A stretch of DNA of 64,000 bases from a virus. The position numbers were made by a program, and so were the translations under genes. The notes beneath the pieces are model-generated. The model worked only from the letters and a program-made list of their open reading frames with translations. It made no database searches and was not told the DNA's origin. Within the stretch, counting starts at the first letter, position 1. The number at the start of each line of letters is the position of its first letter. Positions 1-8,943 of this stretch are shown one piece after another. The stretch covers positions 1 to 64,000 of the IMG/VR virus record IMGVR_UViG_3300021962_000056. One strand, given 5' to 3'.

Positions 1-225
1 TTCGCTGGCTCTCTTGTCACGGTGAAGAAGGACGGACACAAGGACTGGTTCACAACGCTGACTTCGCTCCTCGCTGGAACGCTGTCGGCCAATTACCTCA
101 CCCCTGTGGTCGTTGACTTCTTCTCAATGAAAAACAGCAACACGCAGTACGCTGCGGCGTTCATCATGGGCTTCTTAGGACTCCACGGTGTCGAGTTCGT
201 CATAGATCGGTTCCGAAGGAAATGA
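1..225 (+). CDS. holin-like membrane protein (5' partial)
   Basis: Frame is open from base 1; hydrophobic segments and a basic C-terminus (DRFRRK); heads a cluster of membrane/lipoprotein genes. Confidence 0.55.
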   Translation, partial: FAGSLVTVKKDGHKDWFTTLTSLLAGTLSANYLTPVVVDFFSMKNSNTQYAAAFIMGFLGLHGVEFVIDRFRRK

Positions 226-581
226 AGCCCGAAACCATCATCAATGTCATCGCCAGCGGAGTCCTTGCCGCTGGCGTTTCTGCTTTCATGGTCATGCTCT
301 ATCGCACCGGAGGACTCGTCGAAAAGTTCCCCATGACCGGAAGCCTCGCGCTCCGCCTATCGCTCGCAGGAACAGCCGCAGGTTCACTCGGGAATTGCCT
401 CACGCTCTCAACCCCGAACGATTCCGAAATTCTGACCAACTGCGGTCTGGCCGGTATCTTCGTATGGGCCTGCATCTTCCACGCAAAACTCATAAAACAT
501 GGACCCACTTCTAAGCATCTCACAGGGACTGATGAAAGCAGCTCTGGACAAGGTTCTGGAGCAGAAGGACCAAACAAGTGA
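222..581 (+). CDS. multi-pass membrane protein (lysis region)
   Basis: 119 aa with about three hydrophobic helices; ATGA overlap with the upstream gene. Confidence 0.6.
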   Translation: MKPETIINVIASGVLAAGVSAFMVMLYRTGGLVEKFPMTGSLALRLSLAGTAAGSLGNCLTLSTPNDSEILTNCGLAGIFVWACIFHAKLIKHGPTSKHLTGTDESSSGQGSGAEGPNK

Positions 582-699
582 AGACGGAGCGAAAGACCAA
601 TCACTCGTTGCTCGCCTCAATTCTCGCATTGATGCTGCCGGGTTGCACCCCGACAAGGGTGGTGATGGTTCCTCCAGGGCAACCAGTCAGACTGGCTGA
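499..699 (+). CDS. small protein overlapping the lipoprotein gene (i-spanin-like position)
   Basis: Resembles 56601..56771 (KA.LD...EDG.....L..RI....L.PD.GG) and has the same overlap with a lipoprotein gene. Confidence 0.55.
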   Translation: MDPLLSISQGLMKAALDKVLEQKDQTSEDGAKDQSLVARLNSRIDAAGLHPDKGGDGSSRATSQTG

Positions 700-805
700 A
701 TCAGTCAAAGCCCACGTTTGGGCCAAAGACTCCGAAGGCAAAATCATCAAGAGCCGAAACCGCGTGACAATCCACGAAGGATGGTACGCACTTCCCAAGG
801 AATGA
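578..805 (+). CDS. lipoprotein, o-spanin-like
   Basis: Signal peptide with lipobox LMLPG-C; paralog of 56477..56704 (VV.VP.G.P..LAE...GWYALPK). Confidence 0.6.
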   Translation: MKTERKTNHSLLASILALMLPGCTPTRVVMVPPGQPVRLAESVKAHVWAKDSEGKIIKSRNRVTIHEGWYALPKE

Positions 806-960
806 AAAAGAACGTCCCAACGAACAAGTCGCTCTACAGCAAGATGAAGGCGGCGGCGAAAGCCAAGTTCGACGTTTATCCCAGCGCATACGCTAATGGC
901 TGGCTTGTTCGCGAGTACAAGCGGCGTGGCGGCAAATACAAGGTTGCCGATGTCAGGTAA
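802..960 (+). CDS. small basic phage protein (YPSAYANGWLVREYKRRGGKY)
   Basis: ATG at 802 overlaps the upstream stop; Lys/Arg-rich motif recognised from phage hypothetical proteins. Confidence 0.7.
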   Translation: MKKNVPTNKSLYSKMKAAAKAKFDVYPSAYANGWLVREYKRRGGKYKVADVR

Positions 961-1222
961 TAAGCCGCAGAGGGGAGGGCTTGGCCGATGGTTCGCCGAG
1001 AAATGGGTGGACATCAAAACCGGAAAGCCGTGCGGTCGTCAGGAGGGTGAGGAACGCGCCGGATATCCCGCCTGTAGGCCAACAAAGCGTATCAGCGAGA
1101 AGACTCCCAAGACTCTTGGCGAGATGAGCAGTGCGGAGAAGACTAGGTTCAAGCGCGAGAAAACCAGCTTCCAGAAGATCGGCTACCAGCATAGGATGCG
1201 GAAGAAGAAGGAAAAATTATGA
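950..1222 (+). CDS. small basic phage protein (RWFAEKWVD...CGR...YPACRP)
   Basis: ATG at 950; motif recognised from phage hypothetical proteins. Confidence 0.7.
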   Translation: MSGNKPQRGGLGRWFAEKWVDIKTGKPCGRQEGEERAGYPACRPTKRISEKTPKTLGEMSSAEKTRFKREKTSFQKIGYQHRMRKKKEKL

Positions 1223-1365
1223 GCAATAACGCACCGTACAAAGGTTCTCCGTCTGTATCCCGATCCGGCGGTAGCGGACCCTACAAACAGTCGCCGCCTC
1301 CCAAGCCTCCGGTAAGGCCGCAACCTAAGCCGGTTCCGAGCGGAAGCGGTCCGTATCGTAAGTGA
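1219..1365 (+). CDS. 48-aa Pro/Ser/Gly-rich basic microprotein (not in ORF track)
   Basis: MSNNAPYKGSPSVSRSGGSGPYKQSPPPKPPVRPQPKPVPSGSGPYRK; ATGA overlap upstream, ends just before a hairpin. Confidence 0.5.
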   Translation: MSNNAPYKGSPSVSRSGGSGPYKQSPPPKPPVRPQPKPVPSGSGPYRK

Positions 1366-1374
1366 TTTGAAACG

Positions 1375-1418
1375 AAAAGCCCCCGGCGGTAATCGAAACC
1401 ATCGGGGGCTAATTGTTT
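1375..1418. terminator. probable bidirectional intrinsic terminator
   Basis: AGCCCCCGG..TCGGGGGCT stem with AAAA on the left and a T-rich tail on the right, between convergent genes. Confidence 0.65.
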
Positions 1419-1430
1419 CGGCGTAGCGCG

Positions 1431-2630
1431 TCAGCGTCCTAACGATTTCATCACACTGGCAACGAAGTCTTCGCTCTTCGCAGAGTTTGTGCTTGCCGGT
1501 CGTGAGCCGCCGGTCGTCGCTTTCGAGGTAACTCCCGGCTCGCTGCCACGATACTTCGACAGTTCGGCTTGGAGACGCTTGTTCACCTCGACCTGAGCAT
1601 AGAGAAGCTCGCGGTATTTTGGCGCAGCAGCAGCCCAAAGAGCAGCCTTGGCGAGGTCTTCTTCGCTGTTCTCACCGTTGAAGATTTGCTGCGCGAGGTT
1701 CAGACGCTCGTTCAGCTCGCCATTCCATTCCTCATCGCCTTCACGCGGCTCAAAGATTTCAAGCGCGCGAGCATTCTCGCTGACCTTGGCCCAAGTCTTA
1801 CTGGCCGACTCCAATGCAGCCTTCGTACCCTCTTCGTTATCCTGCTGGTACTTCGAGATGATGGCGTCGTAATCGGACTTGGCTTCCGAAATCTCAGCGG
1901 AACGTTCGCCGTTAATCTCGTCGTACTTCACGATCAGCGCGCCGAGCTTTGCCTTCTTGGACGGAGAAAGACCCTCAACGATGTCGTCGATCTGCGAGTT
2001 GCGGTAATCGCTCTCGGGCGACTTGAGTAGGCCAACGAGCCGTTCGCCATCGCTGCCAACAAGACTTTTCACCGATTCAAATACGCCATTGATCTTGCCT
2101 TCGTACTTCTTGACGAACTCAGGATGACGTTCGACATCAAGAAGGCGGACACGCTCGGAAAGCGCATCACGCTCCTCCTGCAACGTCTTTAGCTGGGCTT
2201 CAAAGTTCGGATTGCTGGTTTTTCCAGCCTTCAATTCCTCAAGTTGTTTGGCCAACTGAGCCTTCTCTTCCTTGATCTTGCGAAACGCATCAGCGGCTTT
2301 AGTGGACTTGATCGTCTCGGGAATATCGGAATCAGCGTCCGTAGAAGTCGGAGCGGCCTCGGCTTCGGGCTGCTGCTTCTTCGTACCGAACATCCGCTCG
2401 ATGTCCATCTCAGCCTTGCTAAGTTTGGAGGCGTCTGCCGACTTCGTTTGCTTCGTAGGCTTCTGCTTCGCGGCTTTCGGCTCCTCAGTAACCTGCGATG
2501 CAACATTGGCCGACTCGTCAGCCGATGCGGCGTCATCAATGCCGTTAGCCTTGAAAGCATCGATGAACGAGCTTCCGAAGTCGGGAGGTTGCGCCGAGTT
2601 GACGAGAGGTGAGTTCAGTGGTTCTTCCAT
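1431..2630 (-). CDS. capsid scaffolding-like protein (module A)
   Basis: Acidic coiled coil downstream of the portal; paralog of 54828..56081 (E...KYE motif; C-terminal R.SEPG). Confidence 0.65.
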   Translation of the reverse strand: MEEPLNSPLVNSAQPPDFGSSFIDAFKANGIDDAASADESANVASQVTEEPKAAKQKPTKQTKSADASKLSKAEMDIERMFGTKKQQPEAEAAPTSTDADSDIPETIKSTKAADAFRKIKEEKAQLAKQLEELKAGKTSNPNFEAQLKTLQEERDALSERVRLLDVERHPEFVKKYEGKINGVFESVKSLVGSDGERLVGLLKSPESDYRNSQIDDIVEGLSPSKKAKLGALIVKYDEINGERSAEISEAKSDYDAIISKYQQDNEEGTKAALESASKTWAKVSENARALEIFEPREGDEEWNGELNERLNLAQQIFNGENSEEDLAKAALWAAAAPKYRELLYAQVEVNKRLQAELSKYRGSEPGVTSKATTGGSRPASTNSAKSEDFVASVMKSLGR

Positions 2631-2636
2631 AATCTA

Positions 2637-2960
2637 TTAGTATTGCTTATCGAATGTTGCTTCTGGTTCTTTCGCTGTTTCAGTTACTGCCAATTTACGA
2701 AGGTTTTCAAGACAATGCGCGTAGCCAGCGGTTACACCGGCTGCGAAAATGATGTCCGATTCCTTGCTTCCATGCGACGGCATTGGAACCGGCATTGACT
2801 CTGCAACGATGCGTAATGCCATGCGGAGGACAGGCATGTTCAGGATCTGCGCTAGTTCAGCCTGTTGGCCATCAGTCTGCCAATCGGACAGATTGATGTC
2901 AGGCAGATCCAGCAGGTTCTTCGGATTCTCCTTCTTCAAGCCTCTTAGCCAGTTGATCAT
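2637..2960 (-). CDS. small portal-scaffold linked protein
   Basis: Positional and weak sequence counterpart of 54568..54831. Confidence 0.55.
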   Translation of the reverse strand: MINWLRGLKKENPKNLLDLPDINLSDWQTDGQQAELAQILNMPVLRMALRIVAESMPVPMPSHGSKESDIIFAAGVTAGYAHCLENLRKLAVTETAKEPEATFDKQY

Positions 2961-4245
2961 ATTTTGTTTTCTTGTTTCGTTTCAGTTTGTGCCTTTGCGG
3001 AATCGGATCGAGAACATCGTCGAGTTTGATTGGATTCTCCTTGTTGACGACATCGCGATTAGGTCTGATGACCTTTGTAATCTCCAGCAAATCAGATAAC
3101 GGCAACTTGATGTACCCGCAGTCAACATCGTTGATGCCGTACGAAACGACGAATTGATTCTTCGCGGAATCGTAGAATGCGCCGCACGGGAAGACGACTG
3201 CTGGAAGTCCCGGCCACCAGTCTTGCTGGTTGGTTCCGGTGAGGATCGGCAACGTCGTCATGCGCACAATGCGGAACGGGGCTTTTGCCTCAAATGCGTA
3301 CGCCCCCATGTAGTAGCGACGCTTCTTGTTTATCCACGGCAAAGAGCTGTGGAAGAAGGTCCAATACAAGCCATCCACCAGAATCGGATTTGACCCGCCG
3401 CGAACCTCGCCAAATTTCCAGAGCGGATTGAACTCCTCGGTGACGTATTCGGCATCCTTCTCAAGACGTCCATTAAGGCGCACAACAACATGGGGATTGG
3501 CCGAATACACCATGTGTGGCGCATTGTCGTGGACGAAGTAGACCCAGTTCTTTTCATGGCCATCGTTAATCATGGCCTGCGCGTTGTTGTTTCCGTAGAC
3601 CGTATCAAAACGTCCCACGTTTAAAAACTGGCTGTCCAAGAGAAACATCGCCTGATGCGCGTACGACTTGAGCGGAACAAACGTGCAGCAGCTCAGGCCG
3701 TACTTGTCTCCAAACTTAACGACGCGAGGATCTTCGAACTGCTCGTTTGGATATTGAAAAGTAAGCTGAACCAAAGCCTTTTTTATGGCTCTCAAATCTT
3801 TGCTCAACTCAAAGACAACGATGTCGTTTTTCTCGACATAGACATCCTCATCTTTTTCGCGTTTATTGCGGCATCGGCGAGCAAAGAGAAGGATTTTTCC
3901 ACTAGGCTCCTCTCGCGTAATGGCTGGGTTGAAGTAGTATGTTCCAGCTTCTTTAGGGAGAATTATTTTCCCGACCTCCCAGTCAACTTGATGAGCTAGT
4001 TTGGGTACGTCGTTTTTTGCGTAGCTCATTAGAAACTCGGCTGCGAATTTGATTTCGTCGTACAGAGCAAGCCAGTGGTCGCGTTCCTCACGGACCTCGG
4101 TCAGATGCTCCTCATGCTCCTTTGTCCTGACATCTATTGTATTTTGTAAATTTTCGATCTGCATCAGAAGATCGGCATGCCCGTCACCTCCATTTGCGAA
4201 TCGCTTGAGAGCTTTTATGGATAGGCTTCGAATGATGTCTTTCAT
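2899..4245 (-). CDS. five-bladed beta-propeller glycoside hydrolase/phosphorylase-like protein (GH130-like) with N-terminal coiled coil
   Basis: Motifs FNPAI, EDPRV, EKNW, RGG, FFHS, VVFPCG, SYGIND. Confidence 0.7.
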   Translation of the reverse strand: MKDIIRSLSIKALKRFANGGDGHADLLMQIENLQNTIDVRTKEHEEHLTEVREERDHWLALYDEIKFAAEFLMSYAKNDVPKLAHQVDWEVGKIILPKEAGTYYFNPAITREEPSGKILLFARRCRNKREKDEDVYVEKNDIVVFELSKDLRAIKKALVQLTFQYPNEQFEDPRVVKFGDKYGLSCCTFVPLKSYAHQAMFLLDSQFLNVGRFDTVYGNNNAQAMINDGHEKNWVYFVHDNAPHMVYSANPHVVVRLNGRLEKDAEYVTEEFNPLWKFGEVRGGSNPILVDGLYWTFFHSSLPWINKKRRYYMGAYAFEAKAPFRIVRMTTLPILTGTNQQDWWPGLPAVVFPCGAFYDSAKNQFVVSYGINDVDCGYIKLPLSDLLEITKVIRPNRDVVNKENPIKLDDVLDPIPQRHKLKRNKKTKYDQLAKRLEEGESEEPAGSA

Positions 4246-4875
4246 TCACGCATACAAATTTGAATTCTCCTGAGTGGCCAGTCTTGGAAGAATTCCGTAG
4301 AAGTTCATCCTGGGCATTGAATCGACCAGCATTTGGATGTCGATTGGACACCAAACTTTTTGATTTGTCTCAAGCAATTTGCATGCGCCTTCGTAGTTTA
4401 CGAGGTAGCAGTGCGTACACATTCCGCGAACGAGCTTGTAAAGGTTGGACGCGATGTGTCCATGATCCTCAATCGGATCAGCGCAGCAGCTTCCAATGTA
4501 AACGACATGCCAGTCATTTGGGAGATGATCGAGATTTTCTGACAACTTATCCTTCCAGTCAGCACATGTGAACTCAACATCATCTTCTACAACCAAGAAG
4601 GTGCGATGATCAGTTGTTTTCGATTCAACCATCCACTTGATGGCCGACCAAATTGAAAAGTGACTCAATCCAGCAACGATGGTTTTTACTTTTATTTTTT
4701 CTTTTTCAGTCGAGTGATAGTAATCGGTGGATATTCCGCAGTTGTCTGATCTAAATCCGTAAATTGGAACTGCATCGATTCCAAAAGTCTTCATGTACCG
4801 GATGCAGCGTCTTTCCTTTTTGTTTTCAGGTTTTGAAACTATGAAGCAAGGTGTATTCTCAAGTTTTATTTTCAT
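4246..4875 (-). CDS. glycosyltransferase family 25-like
   Basis: LSH...W, LVVEDDV, LP.DW.VVYIG, THCYLV, PIDI. Confidence 0.75.
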   Translation of the reverse strand: MKIKLENTPCFIVSKPENKKERRCIRYMKTFGIDAVPIYGFRSDNCGISTDYYHSTEKEKIKVKTIVAGLSHFSIWSAIKWMVESKTTDHRTFLVVEDDVEFTCADWKDKLSENLDHLPNDWHVVYIGSCCADPIEDHGHIASNLYKLVRGMCTHCYLVNYEGACKLLETNQKVWCPIDIQMLVDSMPRMNFYGILPRLATQENSNLYA

Positions 4876-5462
4876 CGGTTCGGAAGGATGTAAATTATTC
4901 CCCGACGCGCTCCGGTAGATCGGCTTGGGTGGTTATAGTAAAAACTGTATCCGTATCTTTGTGTTTGTGTTTTTGCCCTGTAAATTGAGTCCAATTTCTG
5001 CTTGATGTATCCAAGGCAAATGTCGTGGCCTTTGTAACTGTCGTATCCGAGTTCCCCGGTTGGTTCCCTGCAATCGTGAATGGCGATTACCGGATGCAGA
5101 TCATAACGATTGATTGTCTCAAGCTCATCAAGCAGCGGAAGATAATCGTTCCAGTGAGCATCAAGAAAAAAAATTGTATCGTGTCCAACTCCGTGATGCG
5201 GAATGAACCAGTTCATGCAGGACTCGCTGCTTCCCTCAAACATTTCGACGTAGACATTCTCTCTCTTGAATCTTTCCTTGGCCTTCTCAACGCGATCATG
5301 GTCTAGCTCGCATGAAACGGTTTTGAGGAAGTTTTTTGCAAGCCAGATAGTTGTATCCCCTTTGTGAGTTCCAGTTTCAACGGCAGTTGTCAGCTCAAAG
5401 CGTTCTTTGAGATAAAGAAACTCCTGCTCGATAAATGTGTCCCCGTTGAAAGGTGAATCCAT
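4872..5462 (-). CDS. class I SAM-dependent methyltransferase-like
   Basis: VETGTHKGDT, SCELD, EGSS, FFLDAHW; start refined to ATG 5462. Confidence 0.65.
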   Translation of the reverse strand: MDSPFNGDTFIEQEFLYLKERFELTTAVETGTHKGDTTIWLAKNFLKTVSCELDHDRVEKAKERFKRENVYVEMFEGSSESCMNWFIPHHGVGHDTIFFLDAHWNDYLPLLDELETINRYDLHPVIAIHDCREPTGELGYDSYKGHDICLGYIKQKLDSIYRAKTQTQRYGYSFYYNHPSRSTGARRGIIYILPNR

Positions 5463-5466
5463 AATT

Positions 5467-6069
5467 TTAATCAGATAAATGGCAGTCTTCTTGGTCGGCA
5501 ACTCGCGGAAAAATCGTGAAGCACCTCAGATGTTGCCTACTTTTGAAGTACATCTGCAAATCGATTGGTGCGAAAATTTCCTCGTTAGTGTCGATCAGTG
5601 TTTTTAGTGCCTTTTTCCGCACGATGTAGCAGTGGGTGCAAAGAGCCATACCCTCGAACAAATTTGAATCAAACTCCCTGCCCATTCTTCCGCTCGCGCA
5701 ACATGAACCGGGATACAGGATATCCCAATCATGTGGCAACTTTGTCAGGGCGAGTTCAACGGTTTCTCTCCAGTGCGGACGAAAAATGATGTCGTCTTCC
5801 AGAATCATCACCATGTCTGGAGTGGACGGCTCAAAATCGAGAGCATTCCAAAGCATCCAGTGGGACATGCTGCATCCAACATGTTTTGCCCCGATGAGAT
5901 ATCCAGAGCCTGGGTTGTCCACTTCGTACGGAATGCTTGCCTTGAGTCCAGACCTTGCCCCATTCAGCCCATAGAAAATGCGGTAGTCCGTGATTCCAGC
6001 GGAATCAAGATTGGTTTGCAAACGCGGGATGCGGGAGCTGCCACGCATCGTGATAACAACCGTATGCAC
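5467..6069 (-). CDS. glycosyltransferase family 25-like
   Basis: GCSMSH..LW, ILEDDI, LPHDWDILY, THCYIV, PIDL; paralog of 4246..4875. Confidence 0.8.
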   Translation of the reverse strand: MHTVVITMRGSSRIPRLQTNLDSAGITDYRIFYGLNGARSGLKASIPYEVDNPGSGYLIGAKHVGCSMSHWMLWNALDFEPSTPDMVMILEDDIIFRPHWRETVELALTKLPHDWDILYPGSCCASGRMGREFDSNLFEGMALCTHCYIVRKKALKTLIDTNEEIFAPIDLQMYFKSRQHLRCFTIFPRVADQEDCHLSD

Positions 6070-6073
6070 GGGG

Positions 6074-6691
6074 TTATTTCAGTTTTCGATAAATGGCGAA
6101 GCAGCTTTCGTTCAGGTCAAAGCGAGAGATAAATTCGCAACGCTTGAGAACGAACTTCAACGCGGTTTGCGTCGATTCCCAGTTCACATCATCCATGATG
6201 ATGTATCCGCCAACCTTGAGCTTTGGAAGCCAGTTGACGACATCGCTCGTAGACGGCCATTCGGCGTGATTTGCGTCGATATGAACCATGTCCATATCTG
6301 GCAGGAATCGCGATGCATCCCAAGACGACATACGGCAGAATTGGATGTGGCGAACAACCTGAGCGCGAACGCAGTGGCGCACAAAAGCCTCGTAGTGGTT
6401 GTCCAAATCGAGTTTTGACCACCACTCTTGGTTCGCGCTCACCTCGTCATCGATGCAGTCTTCTTTCTTCCAAGAGTCGATAGCATAGACGGTTCCGCTT
6501 CCGTTCAACTTGCATGCTTGCGCGAGAGCGAGCGTTGACTTGCCTTCAAAGACGCCAATTTCAGCGATTCGTTGCGGCTTTGTTTCAAGAACAAGTTTGG
6601 CAATTTCCAAACCTTTTCTCGGGTCGCACCAGCCAGCCATCTGGCGGAAGTTTTCTAGGATGAACTGAGCTATTTTTTCTTCGTTTTCCAT
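6074..6691 (-). CDS. class I SAM-dependent methyltransferase (Methyltransf_24-like)
   Basis: EIGVFEGKST, AIDSW, VHIDANH, LKVGGYIIMDD. Confidence 0.8.
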   Translation of the reverse strand: MENEEKIAQFILENFRQMAGWCDPRKGLEIAKLVLETKPQRIAEIGVFEGKSTLALAQACKLNGSGTVYAIDSWKKEDCIDDEVSANQEWWSKLDLDNHYEAFVRHCVRAQVVRHIQFCRMSSWDASRFLPDMDMVHIDANHAEWPSTSDVVNWLPKLKVGGYIIMDDVNWESTQTALKFVLKRCEFISRFDLNESCFAIYRKLK

Positions 6692-6693
6692 AC

Positions 6694-8943
6694 TTATCCC
6701 TGACGCGCCAAGTTGGACTCGGCAGTTGCATTCGCTCGCTGAATATCAGCAGTTGTCTTTGCATTCCGGCGCGACAGATCAGCCATCGCCTTCGTGTTCT
6801 GACGCTGAATGTTGGCCATAGTCTCGGCGTTCTGGCGAGCGATTTTTGCCTGAACTTCAGCGTTGAGGACAGCGGTCTTCGGATCGACGCCCTGCTGAAT
6901 TGCCTGAGCCTGCTGCATCTGCATCTGGGCTTGCTGCTGTTCGGCCAACAAATCGCCAAGCTGCTGGATGGTGTCGGACAAAATCTGAAGCTGTTGGCGA
7001 TAGGCATCCGCCTGTTGGCGACGGGTCGGATCGGTCGATAGACGCAGCAGATGATCTTGAACATGCTGACCGATACCTTGAAGGAAGAGGACAATCTCCT
7101 GCGGATTGCCACCCTGCTGAAGCGACGCAGCAGCCTCGTTGGCAGCGGCTAGGTGCGTGTCGATGTGGACGATGTGATTCTGCGTGTCAGTGACGATTGC
7201 CATGTTCCCTTGGCGCAAGGACGAATGCTCCAGAACAGCCAGCGCGGTCTGATCTTGAACTCGCGAAGACTGGATCTGAGTCGGCAGATAACGATCCACC
7301 ATTTGTTGGCCAACCTGAGCGGCGATGTAGTCGCGCAACAAGCTGACTTTGCCACCCTCGGGCAGAGAGCCGAGTAGGCCAAGCAATGAGCCAAGAAGCT
7401 GCTGCTTCGCAAACTGAGAACCTTGGCCGACTGTGCGCGTCGCTTCCACGAAGTCGATATCAAGCATGGCTTGAACTGGAACGCCTCGTTCAGCGCAGCG
7501 ACGTTGGAATTCAATCGCGTCCTTATCCGACTTGGTAATCGGATTCAGGTTGGGATTGGAGGCTCGGTTGTACCGTTCTTCGAAGAAAGAATCGAGCTGG
7601 TTGTAATACCGACTCAGTTGGGTCTTACCGATGGCTGATTGCTGGGAGACAATCGCTTGGATTTCGGTGGCAGTGCGAGGGTTGCCAGACGGTTTGTTGA
7701 GCGATTGGCGATACTGAGAGAGATTGCCTTGAAGAACATTCTCAAGGTCCGCGTTGACCGCCATAGGAGCGTCCAGAACGCCAGCAATGTTCTGCTGAAT
7801 GACTTCGTAGTCTGGCGGGAGAATGGCATACGGTCCTTGTTGAACGACGCTGGTCTTGCTGAGAGCGTTCGGGTTGAGGGGGCGGAAGAGAATCTGGGTG
7901 CGAGCGAATGCGCTGTCCACCATCGAGCAGCGGAGACGGTTCTTCAGCTCCATCGCCTGAAGCATCTTGATTCCAAGACCCTTCACGCCGTGATGCTCGC
8001 CATCGCCACGGTCGTAGTACATCGGGTGGATGATCTGCTCCCACCGCTTGTACCGACGGAGCTTGCGATACATGAAGTCTTCACTGTCACGCTCATCGAT
8101 GATGGCATGGCTGATCTGACCATCGAACTCCTTGTAGAAGATGTGCGACATCAGCACTACCTCTGACCGCGCGCTGAACGTGATGTCGTTCGAGCGAAGC
8201 TGACGCTGGAAAAACTCCCAATCGTACTGAACACCGGAGCGATACGGCTCGGGCATGGCAGCGCGAATACGCTGGCGAACGTAGTCCACGTTCCAACCAG
8301 CAGCCCTTGCAGCTTCCTCGTCCTGAATCTTCTCAAACAGATCGTCAACGCCCATACGGGTGCGGACGCAGGCCACCTTCCAGTCGCTGACGTTTGATTT
8401 GGTGCCGTCTGGGACGAGAAGGTCGGTAGCCATGATGGCTTTGCATCGCCAGTTGGAACCGTCTTCGAAGATCAGCGGACCATCGCCAATGAGAACCATC
8501 TCTCGCTGCGAGAGCTGCATGATGTAGTCGAAGTCCTTGTCGAGCTTCTGGAGGCGGTCAAACTCTTCGGTGATGATCTTCGACCATTCCTCCCGCTTAT
8601 CCATGTCGTTGCCGTAAGCAGTACGGACATTCGCATAGGTCGGAACCTCGGCGAACACATCGTAGAAGGCAGACATGGCCAACGTCAGAAACGCCTCCGA
8701 CTCACGGAAGTTGACGTTGGTACGGAACGCTTGGTTGTTCCGGCGAAGTTCAGCGGGGTTGTACGGCGGATTGCCATCGACCAAGCCACGGAGCTTTGCG
8801 CGGGTGTTGTTACGAAGCTCGTCCGCAGAAATCAGCTTTTGGAAGATTTCGCGAGCCGATGCCGCGTCCGCAATCCGCGTCTCTGGAGGGGTTCCGTTTT
8901 CGTTGAGCGTCTCCAGCGGCAGTTGAGCTATGTTTCCGTACAT
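6694..8943 (-). CDS. portal protein (module A)
   Basis: 749 aa downstream of TerL; TATE motif and Gln-rich tail; paralog of 52298..54571 (GNPPY, TNVNF.E). Confidence 0.75.
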   Translation of the reverse strand: MYGNIAQLPLETLNENGTPPETRIADAASAREIFQKLISADELRNNTRAKLRGLVDGNPPYNPAELRRNNQAFRTNVNFRESEAFLTLAMSAFYDVFAEVPTYANVRTAYGNDMDKREEWSKIITEEFDRLQKLDKDFDYIMQLSQREMVLIGDGPLIFEDGSNWRCKAIMATDLLVPDGTKSNVSDWKVACVRTRMGVDDLFEKIQDEEAARAAGWNVDYVRQRIRAAMPEPYRSGVQYDWEFFQRQLRSNDITFSARSEVVLMSHIFYKEFDGQISHAIIDERDSEDFMYRKLRRYKRWEQIIHPMYYDRGDGEHHGVKGLGIKMLQAMELKNRLRCSMVDSAFARTQILFRPLNPNALSKTSVVQQGPYAILPPDYEVIQQNIAGVLDAPMAVNADLENVLQGNLSQYRQSLNKPSGNPRTATEIQAIVSQQSAIGKTQLSRYYNQLDSFFEERYNRASNPNLNPITKSDKDAIEFQRRCAERGVPVQAMLDIDFVEATRTVGQGSQFAKQQLLGSLLGLLGSLPEGGKVSLLRDYIAAQVGQQMVDRYLPTQIQSSRVQDQTALAVLEHSSLRQGNMAIVTDTQNHIVHIDTHLAAANEAAASLQQGGNPQEIVLFLQGIGQHVQDHLLRLSTDPTRRQQADAYRQQLQILSDTIQQLGDLLAEQQQAQMQMQQAQAIQQGVDPKTAVLNAEVQAKIARQNAETMANIQRQNTKAMADLSRRNAKTTADIQRANATAESNLARQG

